Positions 1 through 10,131 are shown, numbered from the stretch's first letter. The stretch is DNA of 64,000 nucleotides from an uncultured Armatimonadetes bacterium (GCA_963717145.1 OY970325.1:224001-288000), one strand, 5' to 3'. Notes: generated by a model not told the origin, from the letters alone. Numbers and translations are program-made.

Positions 1-316
1 GGACTACATACGCTACCCGGGCATCGGGTTTGCCGTCCTCAGGGGCGCGACGATGCCCGCGGCGCTGACCGAGGTGGCGTTCCTGGATCACGCAGGGGAT
101 GCGGCGTGTGTGGTGGATTCAGCTTTCCAGCGGAAAGTCGCGGAGGCTATCGTGCGAGGGATCAGGCTGTATGTCGAGGGCAATCTCGGCACTACGGTGA
201 GACGCCCGGTGATCAAGATCGAGGGTGCTCCGGAAAAGGCATCGAAGCCGCAAGCCGGTTCAGTTTCGCAGAGCAAGCCGAGCGGATCGCTCATTCCGAA
301 AGGGCGAGTGAAATGA
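1..316 (+). CDS. N-acetylmuramoyl-L-alanine amidase (Amidase_3), C-terminal part, 5'-truncated by window
   Basis: Frame open from window start; FAVLRGATMPAALTEVAFL is the Amidase_3 C-terminal motif; upstream of GerMN/murI/rph. Confidence 0.8.
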   Translation, partial: DYIRYPGIGFAVLRGATMPAALTEVAFLDHAGDAACVVDSAFQRKVAEAIVRGIRLYVEGNLGTTVRRPVIKIEGAPEKASKPQAGSVSQSKPSGSLIPKGRVK

Positions 317-879
317 GGCGCACAGCTCTCACCATAGTCGTTGTCGTACTGGTGGGCCTGTGCGTCGGGCTCGGCGTTTACCTCTCACGGCCGAAGTCTT
401 CCGCGCCGACTAGTGTCGTCAGGCATGAGATCCCTCAGGCAAGCAGGCCCCAGCCGAGGCAAGTCAAGCTCTACCGGGTGATCGTCGAGAACAACCAGCC
501 GCGACTCCAGGCCACAACCGAGACGATTGCGGCCGACGGGGACCCGATCGAAAATGCGATGCGTCAACTCGTTGGGCAGGGAAGCAGTGGCGCGCTGACG
601 AACCCTATACCGAAGGGCACGAAGGTCCTCGGCGTCGAGGTCAGGGACGGCCTCGCGGAAGTCGATTTCAGCCGGGAGTTCAGAGACAACTTCACCGGAG
701 GCTCGGAAGCTGAGGCGCTTGTCATTGGCGTGATTCTTCGCACCTTGGCGCAGTTCGATGAGGTGAAGAAGGTTCAGATTCTCGTCGAAGGCAAGACAAT
801 AGACTCGCTCGGCCACGCGGACCTCTCTCAACCGCTCGATGTCGGCTGGGTCAGCCCTGAGTTTAGTGAGAAAGGGTAG
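313..879 (+). CDS. GerMN domain membrane-anchored protein
   Basis: ATG 313 overlaps the amidase stop; N-terminal TM helix; IPKGTKVLGV..VDFSREF..GGSEAE..TLAQFDEVKKVQILVEG pattern. Confidence 0.85.
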   Translation: MRRTALTIVVVVLVGLCVGLGVYLSRPKSSAPTSVVRHEIPQASRPQPRQVKLYRVIVENNQPRLQATTETIAADGDPIENAMRQLVGQGSSGALTNPIPKGTKVLGVEVRDGLAEVDFSREFRDNFTGGSEAEALVIGVILRTLAQFDEVKKVQILVEGKTIDSLGHADLSQPLDVGWVSPEFSEKG

Positions 880-882
880 GGA

Positions 883-945
883 AGGCATTAGGCACTAGGC
901 ATTAGACCTCATCGGTCTACGGTCCAAGGTCTGATGTCTACTGTC
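883..945. repeat. Degenerate heptamer repeat tract (GGCATTA/GGCACTA ... TGTCTA)
   Basis: 7-bp periodicity filling the GerMN-murI gap. Confidence 0.5.
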
Positions 946-946
946 T

Positions 947-1813
947 ATGCAAACTGATTCACCGATAGGCATTTTCGACTCCGGCGTCGGCGGCCTGACC
1001 GTCGCGAAGGAGGTTTCGGCAAGACTCCCCCAGGAGCACATCGTCTACGTTGGCGATGAGGCACACATACCTTACGGCGATCGTCCACCCGCTGAGATTC
1101 GGAGCTACGCGCTCGGCATAACTCGCTTCCTGATCGATAAGTGCGGGGCCAAGATGGTGATCATGGCCTGCAATATGTCATCCGCCCTGGCGCTCAATCC
1201 TGCGCGGGAGATGTTCCCCGAAGTGCCGATCCTCGGCGTCATCGAAGCAGGCTCTCGCGCTGCCGCACGGGCATGTGGCGACGGCCGAGTGGGCGTCCTT
1301 GCGACCCAGGGTACCGTGAACACGAAGGCATATACCAGAGCGCTCTCCGGGCTGATCTCAGATGCCGATGTCCACGAGCAGGCGTGTCCACGCTTCGTGC
1401 CGCTCATCGAATCAGGCAGGGCAGACTCGGATGAGGCGCTCGATGCGGTGGACGAATACACCCGACATCTGAGCGGCTATGGAACCGTCATCCTCGGGTG
1501 CACTCATTACCCGTTCCTTGCCGATGCGATCGGCCGAGCGCTTGGGCCGGAAGCCACTCTCATCGATCCTGCTGAGGAGACCGTACTCGAGGCCGGGGAG
1601 ATCCTGTCGAATTTGGGTATCCTGAATTCGCCGCACGTCGAGAGCGTTCAGAGATACTTCACTACTGCCCGCCCCGATCAGTTCGCATCGCTTGGCGGAA
1701 GATTCATCCGCAGGTCGCTCGATCTGGTCGAGCAGATCAGGTGGGGTATAGATTTAGGAGCTATGGAATGGACAGAGAAGACGGTCGAGCAAACGACCAG
1801 ATCCGCCCGGTAA
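947..1813 (+). CDS. murI: Glutamate racemase
   Basis: [17 protein letters not shown] and ILGCTHYP motifs. Confidence 0.95.
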   Translation: MQTDSPIGIFDSGVGGLTVAKEVSARLPQEHIVYVGDEAHIPYGDRPPAEIRSYALGITRFLIDKCGAKMVIMACNMSSALALNPAREMFPEVPILGVIEAGSRAAARACGDGRVGVLATQGTVNTKAYTRALSGLISDADVHEQACPRFVPLIESGRADSDEALDAVDEYTRHLSGYGTVILGCTHYPFLADAIGRALGPEATLIDPAEETVLEAGEILSNLGILNSPHVESVQRYFTTARPDQFASLGGRFIRRSLDLVEQIRWGIDLGAMEWTEKTVEQTTRSAR

Positions 1814-2490
1814 CGATCACCAGAGGGTTCATCAAGTACGCCGAGGGGTCGTGCCTCATCGAGGTCGGCGACACACGCGTGATATGCACGGCGTCCGTCG
1901 AGGAGAAGGTGCCGCCGTTCCTCAAGGGTTCGGGCTCGGGCTGGGTCACCGCCGAATACGGCATGATCCCGCGCTCGTGCCTCACGCGCAACCAGCGCGA
2001 GGCCACGAAAGGCCAGCTCGGAGGCCGAACGATGGAGATCCAGCGGCTCGTCGGGCGGTCACTGCGCTCAGTGGTCGATATGAAGGCGCTCGGCGAGCGG
2101 ACGATCTGGATGGACTGCGATGTCATCCAGGCCGACGGTGGCACGCGGACGGCCTCCATGACCGGCGCGTATGTAGCCCTGGTTGAGGCTGCTCGGTGGC
2201 TGAAGAATGCGAATCTTGTTCGCAAGGATGTCGTTCTCGACATGCTCGGGGCCATCAGCGTTGGAATCGTCGGCGGCGAGTCGATGCTCGATCTTCGATA
2301 CACGGAGGACTCATCCGCCGCGGTCGACATGAACGTCGCGATGACCGGCGACGGCAAGTTCGTCGAGCTTCAGGGCACGGCGGAGGGCATGCCGTTCAGC
2401 CGCCAGCAGTTCAACAAGCTCCTCGACCTGGCCGAGATCGGCATCAGGCAGCTCTTCGATATCCAGCGCGCGGTACTCAATGGACCGTGA
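1768..2490 (+). CDS. rph: Ribonuclease PH
   Basis: [43 protein letters not shown] before ATG 1768. Confidence 0.95.
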   Translation: MDREDGRANDQIRPVTITRGFIKYAEGSCLIEVGDTRVICTASVEEKVPPFLKGSGSGWVTAEYGMIPRSCLTRNQREATKGQLGGRTMEIQRLVGRSLRSVVDMKALGERTIWMDCDVIQADGGTRTASMTGAYVALVEAARWLKNANLVRKDVVLDMLGAISVGIVGGESMLDLRYTEDSSAAVDMNVAMTGDGKFVELQGTAEGMPFSRQQFNKLLDLAEIGIRQLFDIQRAVLNGP

Positions 2491-2512
2491 TCCCACACCA
2501 TCTGGCGGTTTT

Positions 2513-2576
2513 CTCCGTGTCCTCCGTGCCTCCGTGGTTGCTTCCGGTGCCTGGCGGACTTGGCGTCATGGCGGTT
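2513..2576. repeat. Short repeats CTCCGTG x3 and TGGCG x3
   Basis: ctccgtgtcctccgtgcctccgtggt and cctggcggacttggcgtcatggcggtt in the rph-rdgB gap. Confidence 0.5.
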
Positions 2577-2580
2577 CCAT

Positions 2581-3189
2581 ATGATTGACTTGGTCCTCGC
2601 GACGAAAAACCCCGGCAAGGTCGAGGAGTTGAAGGCGCTCCTCGCCGATATGGATGTGAACGTCCTCTCCCTCCGCGACTTTGCCGTCATGCCCGAGATC
2701 GAGGAGACCGGCAACACCTTCGCCGAGAACGCCGAGATTAAGGCGACGACCGTCGCGCGCATCACAGGTAAGCTCACCCTCGCGGACGACTCCGGCCTCG
2801 AGGTGGACGCGCTCGGAGGTCAGCCGGGAGTCCTCTCGAGCCGATTCGGTGGCCCGGGCGCATCCGACCGCGACAAGTACCTGCGCATCCTCGAACTGCT
2901 CGACGGAGTCCCCGACGAGAAACGCACCGCTCGGTTCCGTGCGGCGGTCGCCATCGCGACTCCTCAGGGCGAGACGGTGATCGTCGAAGGCACATGCGAG
3001 GGCCGGATCGCGGATAAGCCGAGCGGCGAGGGCGGATTCGGCTACGACCCCATCTTCTACATCCCCGAAGTCGGCTTGACTATGGCCGAGGTTCCTTCCG
3101 ATGTCAAGAACCGCATCAGCCATCGCGCGAAAGCGATGCAGTCCGCCACCCGCATCCTCCGGCACTATCTCGAATTCGGCCGCCTCTGA
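2581..3189 (+). CDS. rdgB: XTP/dITP diphosphatase (HAM1 family)
   Basis: LATKNPGKVEE, ADDSGLEVDAL, GFGYDPIF, SHR motifs. Confidence 0.95.
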   Translation: MIDLVLATKNPGKVEELKALLADMDVNVLSLRDFAVMPEIEETGNTFAENAEIKATTVARITGKLTLADDSGLEVDALGGQPGVLSSRFGGPGASDRDKYLRILELLDGVPDEKRTARFRAAVAIATPQGETVIVEGTCEGRIADKPSGEGGFGYDPIFYIPEVGLTMAEVPSDVKNRISHRAKAMQSATRILRHYLEFGRL

Positions 3190-3210
3190 CCGGCTGTCAT
3201 TCTCCTGGCG

Positions 3211-3239
3211 TTGATCTTTCGACCTCGAACTGCTATAAT
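3211..3239 (+). promoter_or_regulatory. sigma70 promoter for tRNA-Pro
   Basis: TTGATC-N17-TATAAT with extended -10 TG, 11 nt before the tRNA. Confidence 0.7.
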
Positions 3240-3250
3240 GAAGGCGATTC

Positions 3251-3326
3251 CGGGGTGTAGCGCAGTTGGCAGCGCGCATGCTTTGGGAGCATGAGGCCGC
3301 GAGTTCGAGTCTCGCCACCCCGACCA
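3251..3326 (+). tRNA. tRNA-Pro(TGG)
   Basis: Cloverleaf, CGGGGTG/CACCCCG acceptor stem, anticodon TGG, encoded CCA. Confidence 0.95.
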
Positions 3327-3367
3327 AGGGAAGTACGAAGTACGGGAGTACCAAGTACAAAGACGGC

Positions 3368-3397
3368 GGCCCGCCGAAACGCGGGTCGTTTGTTTTG
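3368..3397 (+). terminator. Probable intrinsic terminator after tRNA-Pro
   Basis: GGCCCGC...GCGGGTC hairpin followed by a T-rich tract. Confidence 0.5.
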
Positions 3398-3407
3398 GCA
3401 GGCAATC

Positions 3408-3914
3408 ATGGCCGACAAAGTGCAAGACGAAGCTCTAAGGAAGCGCGATGTGCCCTGGCATCGTAACGGCATCCTGATGAAGTACGCCTTCATGCTCGCA
3501 GGGGTGTCAATGGTCTTCGGCGCCTATACGGATCCAAGGTTTGCGATGGGGCGTCCTGGGCTGATCGATGCGGCGATCGGCTTTGTACTGGGTAGCTTGT
3601 GCGGCAAACCGGTGGGCAGCCTGACCGCCCGCCGATATGATAAGCTTACGCGTGAGCGAGTCGGTTTCTGGCAGGAGATGTTGGGAAGTCGAGGCAGTGT
3701 TCGTGAGTTCGGTGCGAGCTTCCTCATGGTCCTGGGCATGATGGGGTCGATGTTCATCGGTGCATACGCGGCGAGAGTGCTTCACCTGGGGTTCCCTTGG
3801 TTCAATGTGAGTTCGCATGAGGCAGATGGTGGAGCGGCAATAATGTACATGGTCTTCTCCTCGAACGCAATCGCAAGGGGCGTCGAACGCTGGTATGCAA
3901 AGCTGCCGGACTGA
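3408..3914 (+). CDS. Hypothetical membrane protein
   Basis: ORF with about four hydrophobic segments between tRNA genes; no recognisable motif. Confidence 0.55.
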   Translation: MADKVQDEALRKRDVPWHRNGILMKYAFMLAGVSMVFGAYTDPRFAMGRPGLIDAAIGFVLGSLCGKPVGSLTARRYDKLTRERVGFWQEMLGSRGSVREFGASFLMVLGMMGSMFIGAYAARVLHLGFPWFNVSSHEADGGAAIMYMVFSSNAIARGVERWYAKLPD

Positions 3915-3945
3915 TCTCATTGTGTGAACCCCGGGGCGGCGCGTC

Positions 3946-3973
3946 TTGACATACGAGGCGCTTGTGGTATAAT
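3946..3973 (+). promoter_or_regulatory. Consensus sigma70 promoter for the tRNA Gly-Arg-His operon
   Basis: TTGACA-N16-TATAAT with extended -10 TG. Confidence 0.85.
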
Positions 3974-4010
3974 ACCTGTGCTTGGAACCATGAGAGTGGT
4001 TCGGTGATAT

Positions 4011-4086
<76 letters not shown>

Positions 4087-4106
4087 TTCCAAGTGCGAAG
4101 AGCAGA

Positions 4107-4172
4107 AGTACAAGGTACCAAGACAGGGCCGGTTGACCGTCTTTGTACTTTGTACTCCGGTACTTTGTACTT
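4107..4172. repeat. AAGTAC/GTACTT heptamer-like inverted repeat; related copy at 3331-3367
   Basis: ccgtctttgtact here is the reverse complement of agtacaaagacgg after tRNA-Pro. Confidence 0.55.
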
Positions 4173-4176
4173 CCGT

Positions 4177-4252
4177 GCCCCCTTAGCTCAGGGGATAGAG
4201 CAACTGCCTTCTAAGCAGTGGGCCGCAGGTTCGATTCCTGCCGGGGGCGCCA
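4177..4252 (+). tRNA. tRNA-Arg(TCT)
   Basis: Cloverleaf, anticodon TCT, CCA end; T7-C66 mismatch in acceptor stem. Confidence 0.93.
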
Positions 4253-4277
4253 GTCTTTGTGCCTCGTATTCCCACAC

Positions 4278-4355
4278 GGCGGGAGTAGCTCAGTTGGTTA
4301 GAGCGCCAGGTTGTGGCCCTGGAGGCCGTGGGTTCAAGTCCCATTTCTCGCCCCA
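4278..4355 (+). tRNA. tRNA-His(GTG)
   Basis: G-1, anticodon GTG, C discriminator plus CCA. Confidence 0.95.
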
Positions 4356-4365
4356 CAATTCGCAC

Positions 4366-4395
4366 AAAAAGCCCGTCCATCCCGGACGGGCTTTT
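4366..4395. terminator. Bidirectional intrinsic terminator
   Basis: AAAAAGCCCGTCC-loop-GGACGGGCTTTT between convergent units. Confidence 0.85.
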
Positions 4396-4426
4396 GGCTT
4401 ACTCCCAATCTGCATTCCGCATTCGG

Positions 4427-4819
4427 CTACTTCACCATGGATTTAGCCTTCGGAATCACCCTCCGAAGCGTCGTCGCCCACGCCTCCGCCAGCTTCTGAG
4501 GAGTCGTCTTGTTGAACGCGGCCGTCTCCTTGTCCACGGTGATGATCAACTTGTCGCCCGCCATGATGACGGTTGACTTCTTCACGGTAGTTACCTTCAG
4601 GTCAGCCGGGTCGAACGTGTCGGAGCCGAGCAGACCGTTGATCCGCTGCGTCACGATGTCACGGCGCTCCTCGATCGACATTCCGCCGCCCGCGAACCGG
4701 ATCCGCAGGACGAGTTCGTTCCCGACCACCACGTCCCCAGGGCTCACCGCCAACACCGGTACCGCAAGTCCGATGACCAGGCAACAAAGCAACACTGCTG
4801 CCAAACCTCTGATCTTCAT
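4427..4819 (-). CDS. Secreted hypothetical protein
   Basis: AGGAGGTG RBS; signal peptide MKIRGLAAVLLCC...PVLA. Confidence 0.75.
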   Translation of the reverse strand: MKIRGLAAVLLCCLVIGLAVPVLAVSPGDVVVGNELVLRIRFAGGGMSIEERRDIVTQRINGLLGSDTFDPADLKVTTVKKSTVIMAGDKLIITVDKETAAFNKTTPQKLAEAWATTLRRVIPKAKSMVK

Positions 4820-4871
4820 CAGCCACCTCCTGATTCGTTGTGTTACCAAGTATACCCAGTTTGCGGCAATG

Positions 4872-4901
4872 AAAAGCCCATCCGCCGTCGGATGGGCTTT
4901 T
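4872..4901. terminator. Intrinsic terminator
   Basis: AAAAGCCCATCCG-loop-CGGATGGGCTTTT downstream of the 4949-5722 gene. Confidence 0.85.
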
Positions 4902-4948
4902 CAGAGTCAGAGTGCTGCTCCGATCTCCTAGCATTGATGCCTGCTGAA

Positions 4949-5722
4949 CTACTCCGGGCAGATCTCGACTTCGTTCCGGCCCTCGAAAAGCGAGCAGTCG
5001 TCGTTCTCGTAGAGCAGATGGCCGGCGAAGTCCCAGATCTGGAGGCAGAAGTAGGGAAGTATCGGGTCATCGTCCACATACAGAGTGTAGTGTACGCTCA
5101 TTGGCGCGCCCATTCCCTGGCTAAGCTTGCCGCTTCCATGGAATTTCATCCACTGGTAGGTAGTGAGGTCGAAGGCCTGTATGGTCTGGAAGCTCTTGGC
5201 AATGAACCTGATCGCGCCGAGAGGATAATCCGGGTCATGGTAGATAACCGCGAAGTTCTTCGGCGACAGCTCCCGGTTTATGAACGCGAAGTCGGCCTTG
5301 CGCGGTTCGAGCGACTGCTGCACGTTGGGTGGGACGCCATACTCGTCCAGAAGCAGTGCTCCGCCTCCCTGCGCTCCGCAGAAGTTGAGTTCACTGAAGA
5401 TCGAGATTGCGTGTGGCGGACAATCGCTCTCTGTCGGTATGGTGAGTTCGTAGACTCCCACGGGCCAGTTCACGCTCACGCATGCCAGCCCCAGCGCGTT
5501 CGTATTGACCGGTCCGGCGGTCTTCTTCATTCCCTGCGGCGTCGTTGCCACGAACGTCACCGGTGTTGCGGGTGTGTCCAACTGCACGCAGAACGTCGCC
5601 GGGAACGGCTTCTCATAGAAGTAGTCCGAGGTGATCTCGCAATTCGCCGATACGATCATCGGCATCATCAATAGCAGCGCCATTACTGCCAGAATCGTGC
5701 GGGTGTACTTACCTGCTAACAT
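4949..5722 (-). CDS. Secreted hypothetical protein, paralog 1
   Basis: AGGAGG RBS, signal peptide, colinear similarity to 5853-6695. Confidence 0.8.
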   Translation of the reverse strand: MLAGKYTRTILAVMALLLMMPMIVSANCEITSDYFYEKPFPATFCVQLDTPATPVTFVATTPQGMKKTAGPVNTNALGLACVSVNWPVGVYELTIPTESDCPPHAISIFSELNFCGAQGGGALLLDEYGVPPNVQQSLEPRKADFAFINRELSPKNFAVIYHDPDYPLGAIRFIAKSFQTIQAFDLTTYQWMKFHGSGKLSQGMGAPMSVHYTLYVDDDPILPYFCLQIWDFAGHLLYENDDCSLFEGRNEVEICPE

Positions 5723-5852
5723 TCCATCCTCCTGTTATACTGATTGTGCGCACACGGCGGCGCGCCGTCGTGTTGCTATTGGCAAGGCTCTAACATGCTC
5801 TTGCCATCGTCGATATGCAGCTCCTGCCGCTCGACACTTGTTCTCGTATCTG

Positions 5853-6695
5853 CTAAGGACACGGCTGTATCGCGTTCTTGCCCTTGGAGACAGTCGACTC
5901 CGGCCCGGTGTTCGCCGGTGCGCTCATATACAGCACGTTGCCGGCGAAATCCCACAGCACGAGCTGGAATGAGTTCTCCCCAGGGAAGTCGTCTGCATAC
6001 ATGTAGTAGTGGACGAAGAACTCATCTGTCTCATTGAACTCCGCGAGCCCATTGCCGTATACCTCGACGACCTTATAGGCCGTCAAGTCCTTCACCCGGC
6101 TGCTGTAGAAGATGTCGGTGAAGCTCTTTGCTACGAATTCCACCGCTCCAAGCGGATTCTCGTTATCGAAATACCAGATGCCGTAATTCTGCGGCACCCT
6201 CTGCTTGAAGATATAGGCGAACGTCGCCTGTCGCGAGGTGACCGACGTCTTCACGCTCGGCGGCACATCATAGGAGACGAGCTGCAATGCTCCTCCGCCC
6301 TGAGTGCCGCAGAACCAGTTGGGGTTGAAGACCGAGACCGCGACTTCCTCGGGCTCGCTGACCCCGTTCTGGAGATGTTGGTTCAGCGTGAGCAGGGAAG
6401 TCTGTGCCTCCACCGCATAGACGCCCTGAGGCCAGGTCGTCTTTATGCATAACTTGCCCACGGAATCCGTCATCATTGGCCCCGCAGTGAACTTGAGGCC
6501 GTAGGGTGTTTCCCCCATGAACTCCACGATCCAGTTTCCGTTTCCCTCGACATCGCCACAGAGAGTCGTGCTCCCGGGTTTCGGGTTGAAGAAATTGCCG
6601 GTGATGTCGACACCCGGCAGGAATGCCCACGCCGAAGAGGCGAGGAGGGCCAGAGCCAGAGCGAATACTACGAGATTCATTGTTCTGCGCGTCAT
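5853..6695 (-). CDS. Secreted hypothetical protein, paralog 2
   Basis: AAGGAGG RBS, signal peptide ending AWA; shares FCGxQGGGAL, PLGAxxFxAKSF and WDFAGxxLY with paralog 1. Confidence 0.8.
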   Translation of the reverse strand: MTRRTMNLVVFALALALLASSAWAFLPGVDITGNFFNPKPGSTTLCGDVEGNGNWIVEFMGETPYGLKFTAGPMMTDSVGKLCIKTTWPQGVYAVEAQTSLLTLNQHLQNGVSEPEEVAVSVFNPNWFCGTQGGGALQLVSYDVPPSVKTSVTSRQATFAYIFKQRVPQNYGIWYFDNENPLGAVEFVAKSFTDIFYSSRVKDLTAYKVVEVYGNGLAEFNETDEFFVHYYMYADDFPGENSFQLVLWDFAGNVLYMSAPANTGPESTVSKGKNAIQPCP

Positions 6696-7154
6696 TATGA
6701 GTTGTGCCTCCTTGTATGTTCTGCAGCGGCCCACCAAATGTGGGACAAACGTCATAGTTGAACGTTTGCATAAGCTATCTGCGCAGGAATGGCCTTTTGT
6801 CGCCAATCCGTGGTTAATGCACCGCGGTCGACATCACTCCTTTCCTGGCAGTGCGCTGTTCTTTGCCGGAACATATCCATTGTGTAGCGCTACGAGAGTC
6901 TGAGGGCGCTGACCGACTCCGCAGACCAAAGGATTATCTCCGCTTCCCAGAACCCCTAAACATCCAATAGTAGCCAAACTGTGATAAGCCACAGTATTAG
7001 GGCCATTATATCAAGCGCTGCGGTGTCTTTCGATTGTGATGCGGCAAAGCAAGCCTCCGATCGCTGCTCGATGGGCAGGACTCAGTGACGTACCGTCGAA
7101 CAGGGTGATGTGGGTACCACATAAACCATTTCCCGTCGCAGCGCGTATGAGTAT

Positions 7155-10130
7155 TTGATGGCTCACACACACCGGACCACCGAAGGCATGCTGATCCTGC
7201 TTGCCGCAACCGTACTTTCTCTTGGCTTCGCGCTCGCATTCCTGGGACGGATGCCTGCGCTCAGAAACCAAGGGAAGGTCAACATCAATGCGGCATCACC
7301 GCGCGAACTCGCGTCGGCACTGGACATTGACAGTGGGCCGGCCAAGCGCATTCGCGACTACCGAGAGCAGCACGGTCCGTACGCCAACACCGCCTCCTTG
7401 CATGATGTTCCGGGGCCGCGAATTCGCATAGCTGATTCTCACGCACGAGTGAGGGACCCGGGGAGCGCAACCCTCTCCTATTGGATCCACGCGGGGCTGT
7501 TGCTCCTTGCCTTCCTGATCCTGCACCTTCTGGTCAGAAAGCGGGCGACCGACGCCAACCCATACCTGCTTCCCTCGGTGATGGTCCTCTGTGGGCTGTC
7601 GGCGATCGTGCTCTTCTCGATGAAGGATCCCCTGCGGGATACAGATGTCTATGCGCGTCAGGTCGAGGGTATCCTGCTTGGGGCGCTCGCATTCATGGTC
7701 CCGCTCACGGCGAAGTTCCGGGCGTTCCGTCCCTGGCGCTATACATACATTTATGCGCTCTCCGCGATGTTTCTGGTGCTTATGCTCCTGCTCTTCGGAC
7801 AAGGCCCAGCCGGCACGAGGATCGGCTTCCTCGGGTTTCAGCCGATGGAGGTCATCAAGATCGCGCTCGTTTTCTTCGTCGCGAGCTATCTGTGCGATCG
7901 CTGGCACATCCTGCTCGACAGGACCGGGCCGAAGCGGCGGTTCGAGATGCCGCTGTTTCGGGACATCGGGCCGCTGATCGTCATGTATCTGCTTTCGCTC
8001 CTGACCTTCGTGCTCGTCCGCGACCTCGGCCCGATGCTGATCCTCTTCGGCATGTTCGTGGTGATGCTCTACATCGCGACCGGGAAGCCCTCGTTCGTGG
8101 CAGTCGGTCTGGCGCTAATCGGGGTCACGGGCTGGATCGCGCACGTCCTGAAGCTCGGAGTATTCGATGTCCGAGTCGATATGTGGCTGCACCCGTGGGA
8201 CAACCTCCACCAGAACGGTATGCAGCTCGCACAGGGATTCTGGGGACTAGCGACCGGCGGCATTTGGGGGAGCGGCCTCGGACTCGGGAGCGCCCAGTAC
8301 ATGCCGCGAGGAGGATCGGACCTCATTCTCGCGTCGCTCGGCGAGGAGATCGGCCTGGTGGGGCTGATGATCGTGCTGGTGCTCTACTCGCTGATCATCG
8401 TCCGAGGGCTGAGGATCGCCCTCCACGCGCGCACGGATTTCGACCGCTTCCTCGGCGCGGGACTGACCGCGCTCTTCGGCATTCAGACGCTGATCATCGC
8501 CTTCGGAGTGCTCGGGCTGATACCGCTCACCGGCGTCACCCTGCCGTTCGCGAGCTACGGCAAGTCGTCGCTGATTGCATCGTTCCTCGTTCTGGGGATG
8601 CTGGTGAACATCTCCGCCGGCGGAAAGCACGCGGCCGATGTCCGCATCGAGACGAAACGCGCCTTCCGGGGGCTCGGGCTGGGATTCCTGGTCCTGCTGC
8701 TCGGAGTCGCAGGGATCGGACGGCTTGTTTGGATCCAGGGCATCGCGGCCGATCGGATCGCCGGGCGTACGATCACCATTCCGGACGCCGATCGGATCGT
8801 CCGAGCGCACATCAACCCGCGCCTCCGGTCGATCGAGGCGTCGATCCCTCGCGGGAGCATCTTCGACCGGAACGGCAAGCCCGTCGCCTCGACCCGTTCC
8901 GGCGAGAGGCAATACCCGTTCGGCGGCGACATGGTGCATATCGTCGGGTGGCTCGATTCGAGATGCGGTGGGCCGGTAGGGATGGAGAGACGGCGGAACG
9001 GCGACCTGAGGGGCTTCGACGACTACTCGGAACTGCTTCCGATGTACCGACTGCGAAGCACGCCATTCCAGCCGCGCAGGGTCGGGAAGGACCTCCGCCT
9101 GACGATCGACGCCGACCTCCAGCACACCGTCGAGGAGGCTCTTCGCAAGTACGCCGGCGCGATCCGCGACCATCGGACCGGTCGTCCCAAGACGAAAGCC
9201 GCCGCAATCGTGCTCGATGTCTACACCGGCGAAGTGCTCGCCGCCGTCTCGATACCTGACTTCGACCCGAACGAGTTAACACCGGGCCGCTGGAAGGCGT
9301 ATAATGCAAATGAGAGCGGCGAGCACGTGCTGATCGATCGCGCGCTCAACGGACTTTATCCGCCGGGCTCGACGTTCAAGCTGGTGACGGCGGCGTCGGC
9401 CCTGGAGAATGGCGTCGATCTCACCTACGTCTGCCGGCACCGCGAACAGAATGTCCGATGGCAGGCTGAGGGCAGGAACTGGTCGAGGCGCTGGATCACC
9501 GACCTGGAGGAGATGGGCGCGCACGGCTCGGTCGATCTCCCGAAGGCGATCCGGGTCTCGTGCAATGTCTACTTCGCGCATCTCGGACTTGAGTTGGGCC
9601 AGGACCGCCTGCACGAGACGGCGGCCGACAAGTTCAAGCTGACAAATATTCCTCCGGCGAAGCGACTCGCGGAGGACCTGCCGGATAGCGCATACGGCCA
9701 GGGACGGATCCTCGTGACGCCGTTGGAGATGGCGCGTGTCGTAGCGGCGATCGCGAACGGGGGCATCATGATGAAGCCGCAGTTCGTGAGGGACATCCGA
9801 CTCGGGGACGAGGTCGTGCAGGAGTTCGCGCCCATCGAGATGGGAAGGCCGATAAGCTCCTCGTCCGCAAGAGCCTTGCGGAAGATGATGGCAGACGTCA
9901 CCGCCGGGGGCACCGGCAGGGGAGTCTTCAGCGGGTTGAAAGTCTCGGTTGCGGGCAAGACCGGGAGCGCCGAGAACGATCATGCGGACGGGATGCCGCA
10001 TTCCTGGTTCGTCGGATTCGCGCCGGTAGAGGACCCACGGATCGCGTTTGCGGTGGTCGTGGAGAACGGCGGATACGGCCGAGCCGCCGCCGGCCCGGTC
10101 TGCCGCGAGATCGTGAAGGCGGCGCTTTGA
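7155..10130 (+). CDS. Fusion of ComEA-like helix-hairpin-helix, FtsW/RodA SEDS glycosyltransferase and class B PBP transpeptidase
   Basis: KVNINAAS..IRDYREQHGPY (HhH); FQPMEVIK, DLGP, GVTLPFASYG (SEDS); STFK, SCN, KTG (PBP). Confidence 0.9.
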   Translation: MMAHTHRTTEGMLILLAATVLSLGFALAFLGRMPALRNQGKVNINAASPRELASALDIDSGPAKRIRDYREQHGPYANTASLHDVPGPRIRIADSHARVRDPGSATLSYWIHAGLLLLAFLILHLLVRKRATDANPYLLPSVMVLCGLSAIVLFSMKDPLRDTDVYARQVEGILLGALAFMVPLTAKFRAFRPWRYTYIYALSAMFLVLMLLLFGQGPAGTRIGFLGFQPMEVIKIALVFFVASYLCDRWHILLDRTGPKRRFEMPLFRDIGPLIVMYLLSLLTFVLVRDLGPMLILFGMFVVMLYIATGKPSFVAVGLALIGVTGWIAHVLKLGVFDVRVDMWLHPWDNLHQNGMQLAQGFWGLATGGIWGSGLGLGSAQYMPRGGSDLILASLGEEIGLVGLMIVLVLYSLIIVRGLRIALHARTDFDRFLGAGLTALFGIQTLIIAFGVLGLIPLTGVTLPFASYGKSSLIASFLVLGMLVNISAGGKHAADVRIETKRAFRGLGLGFLVLLLGVAGIGRLVWIQGIAADRIAGRTITIPDADRIVRAHINPRLRSIEASIPRGSIFDRNGKPVASTRSGERQYPFGGDMVHIVGWLDSRCGGPVGMERRRNGDLRGFDDYSELLPMYRLRSTPFQPRRVGKDLRLTIDADLQHTVEEALRKYAGAIRDHRTGRPKTKAAAIVLDVYTGEVLAAVSIPDFDPNELTPGRWKAYNANESGEHVLIDRALNGLYPPGSTFKLVTAASALENGVDLTYVCRHREQNVRWQAEGRNWSRRWITDLEEMGAHGSVDLPKAIRVSCNVYFAHLGLELGQDRLHETAADKFKLTNIPPAKRLAEDLPDSAYGQGRILVTPLEMARVVAAIANGGIMMKPQFVRDIRLGDEVVQEFAPIEMGRPISSSSARALRKMMADVTAGGTGRGVFSGLKVSVAGKTGSAENDHADGMPHSWFVGFAPVEDPRIAFAVVVENGGYGRAAAGPVCREIVKAAL

Positions 10131-10131
10131 A

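Noticed and set aside
4356-7150. tRNA-anchored genomic island or prophage
   Set aside because: No integrase, att duplication or phage genes.
7481-9259. 592-aa alternative-frame ORF and other long shadow ORFs (e.g. 16346-17827, 43417-45096)
   Set aside because: Arg/Pro-rich or antisense mirrors of real genes, expected at high GC, with no motifs.
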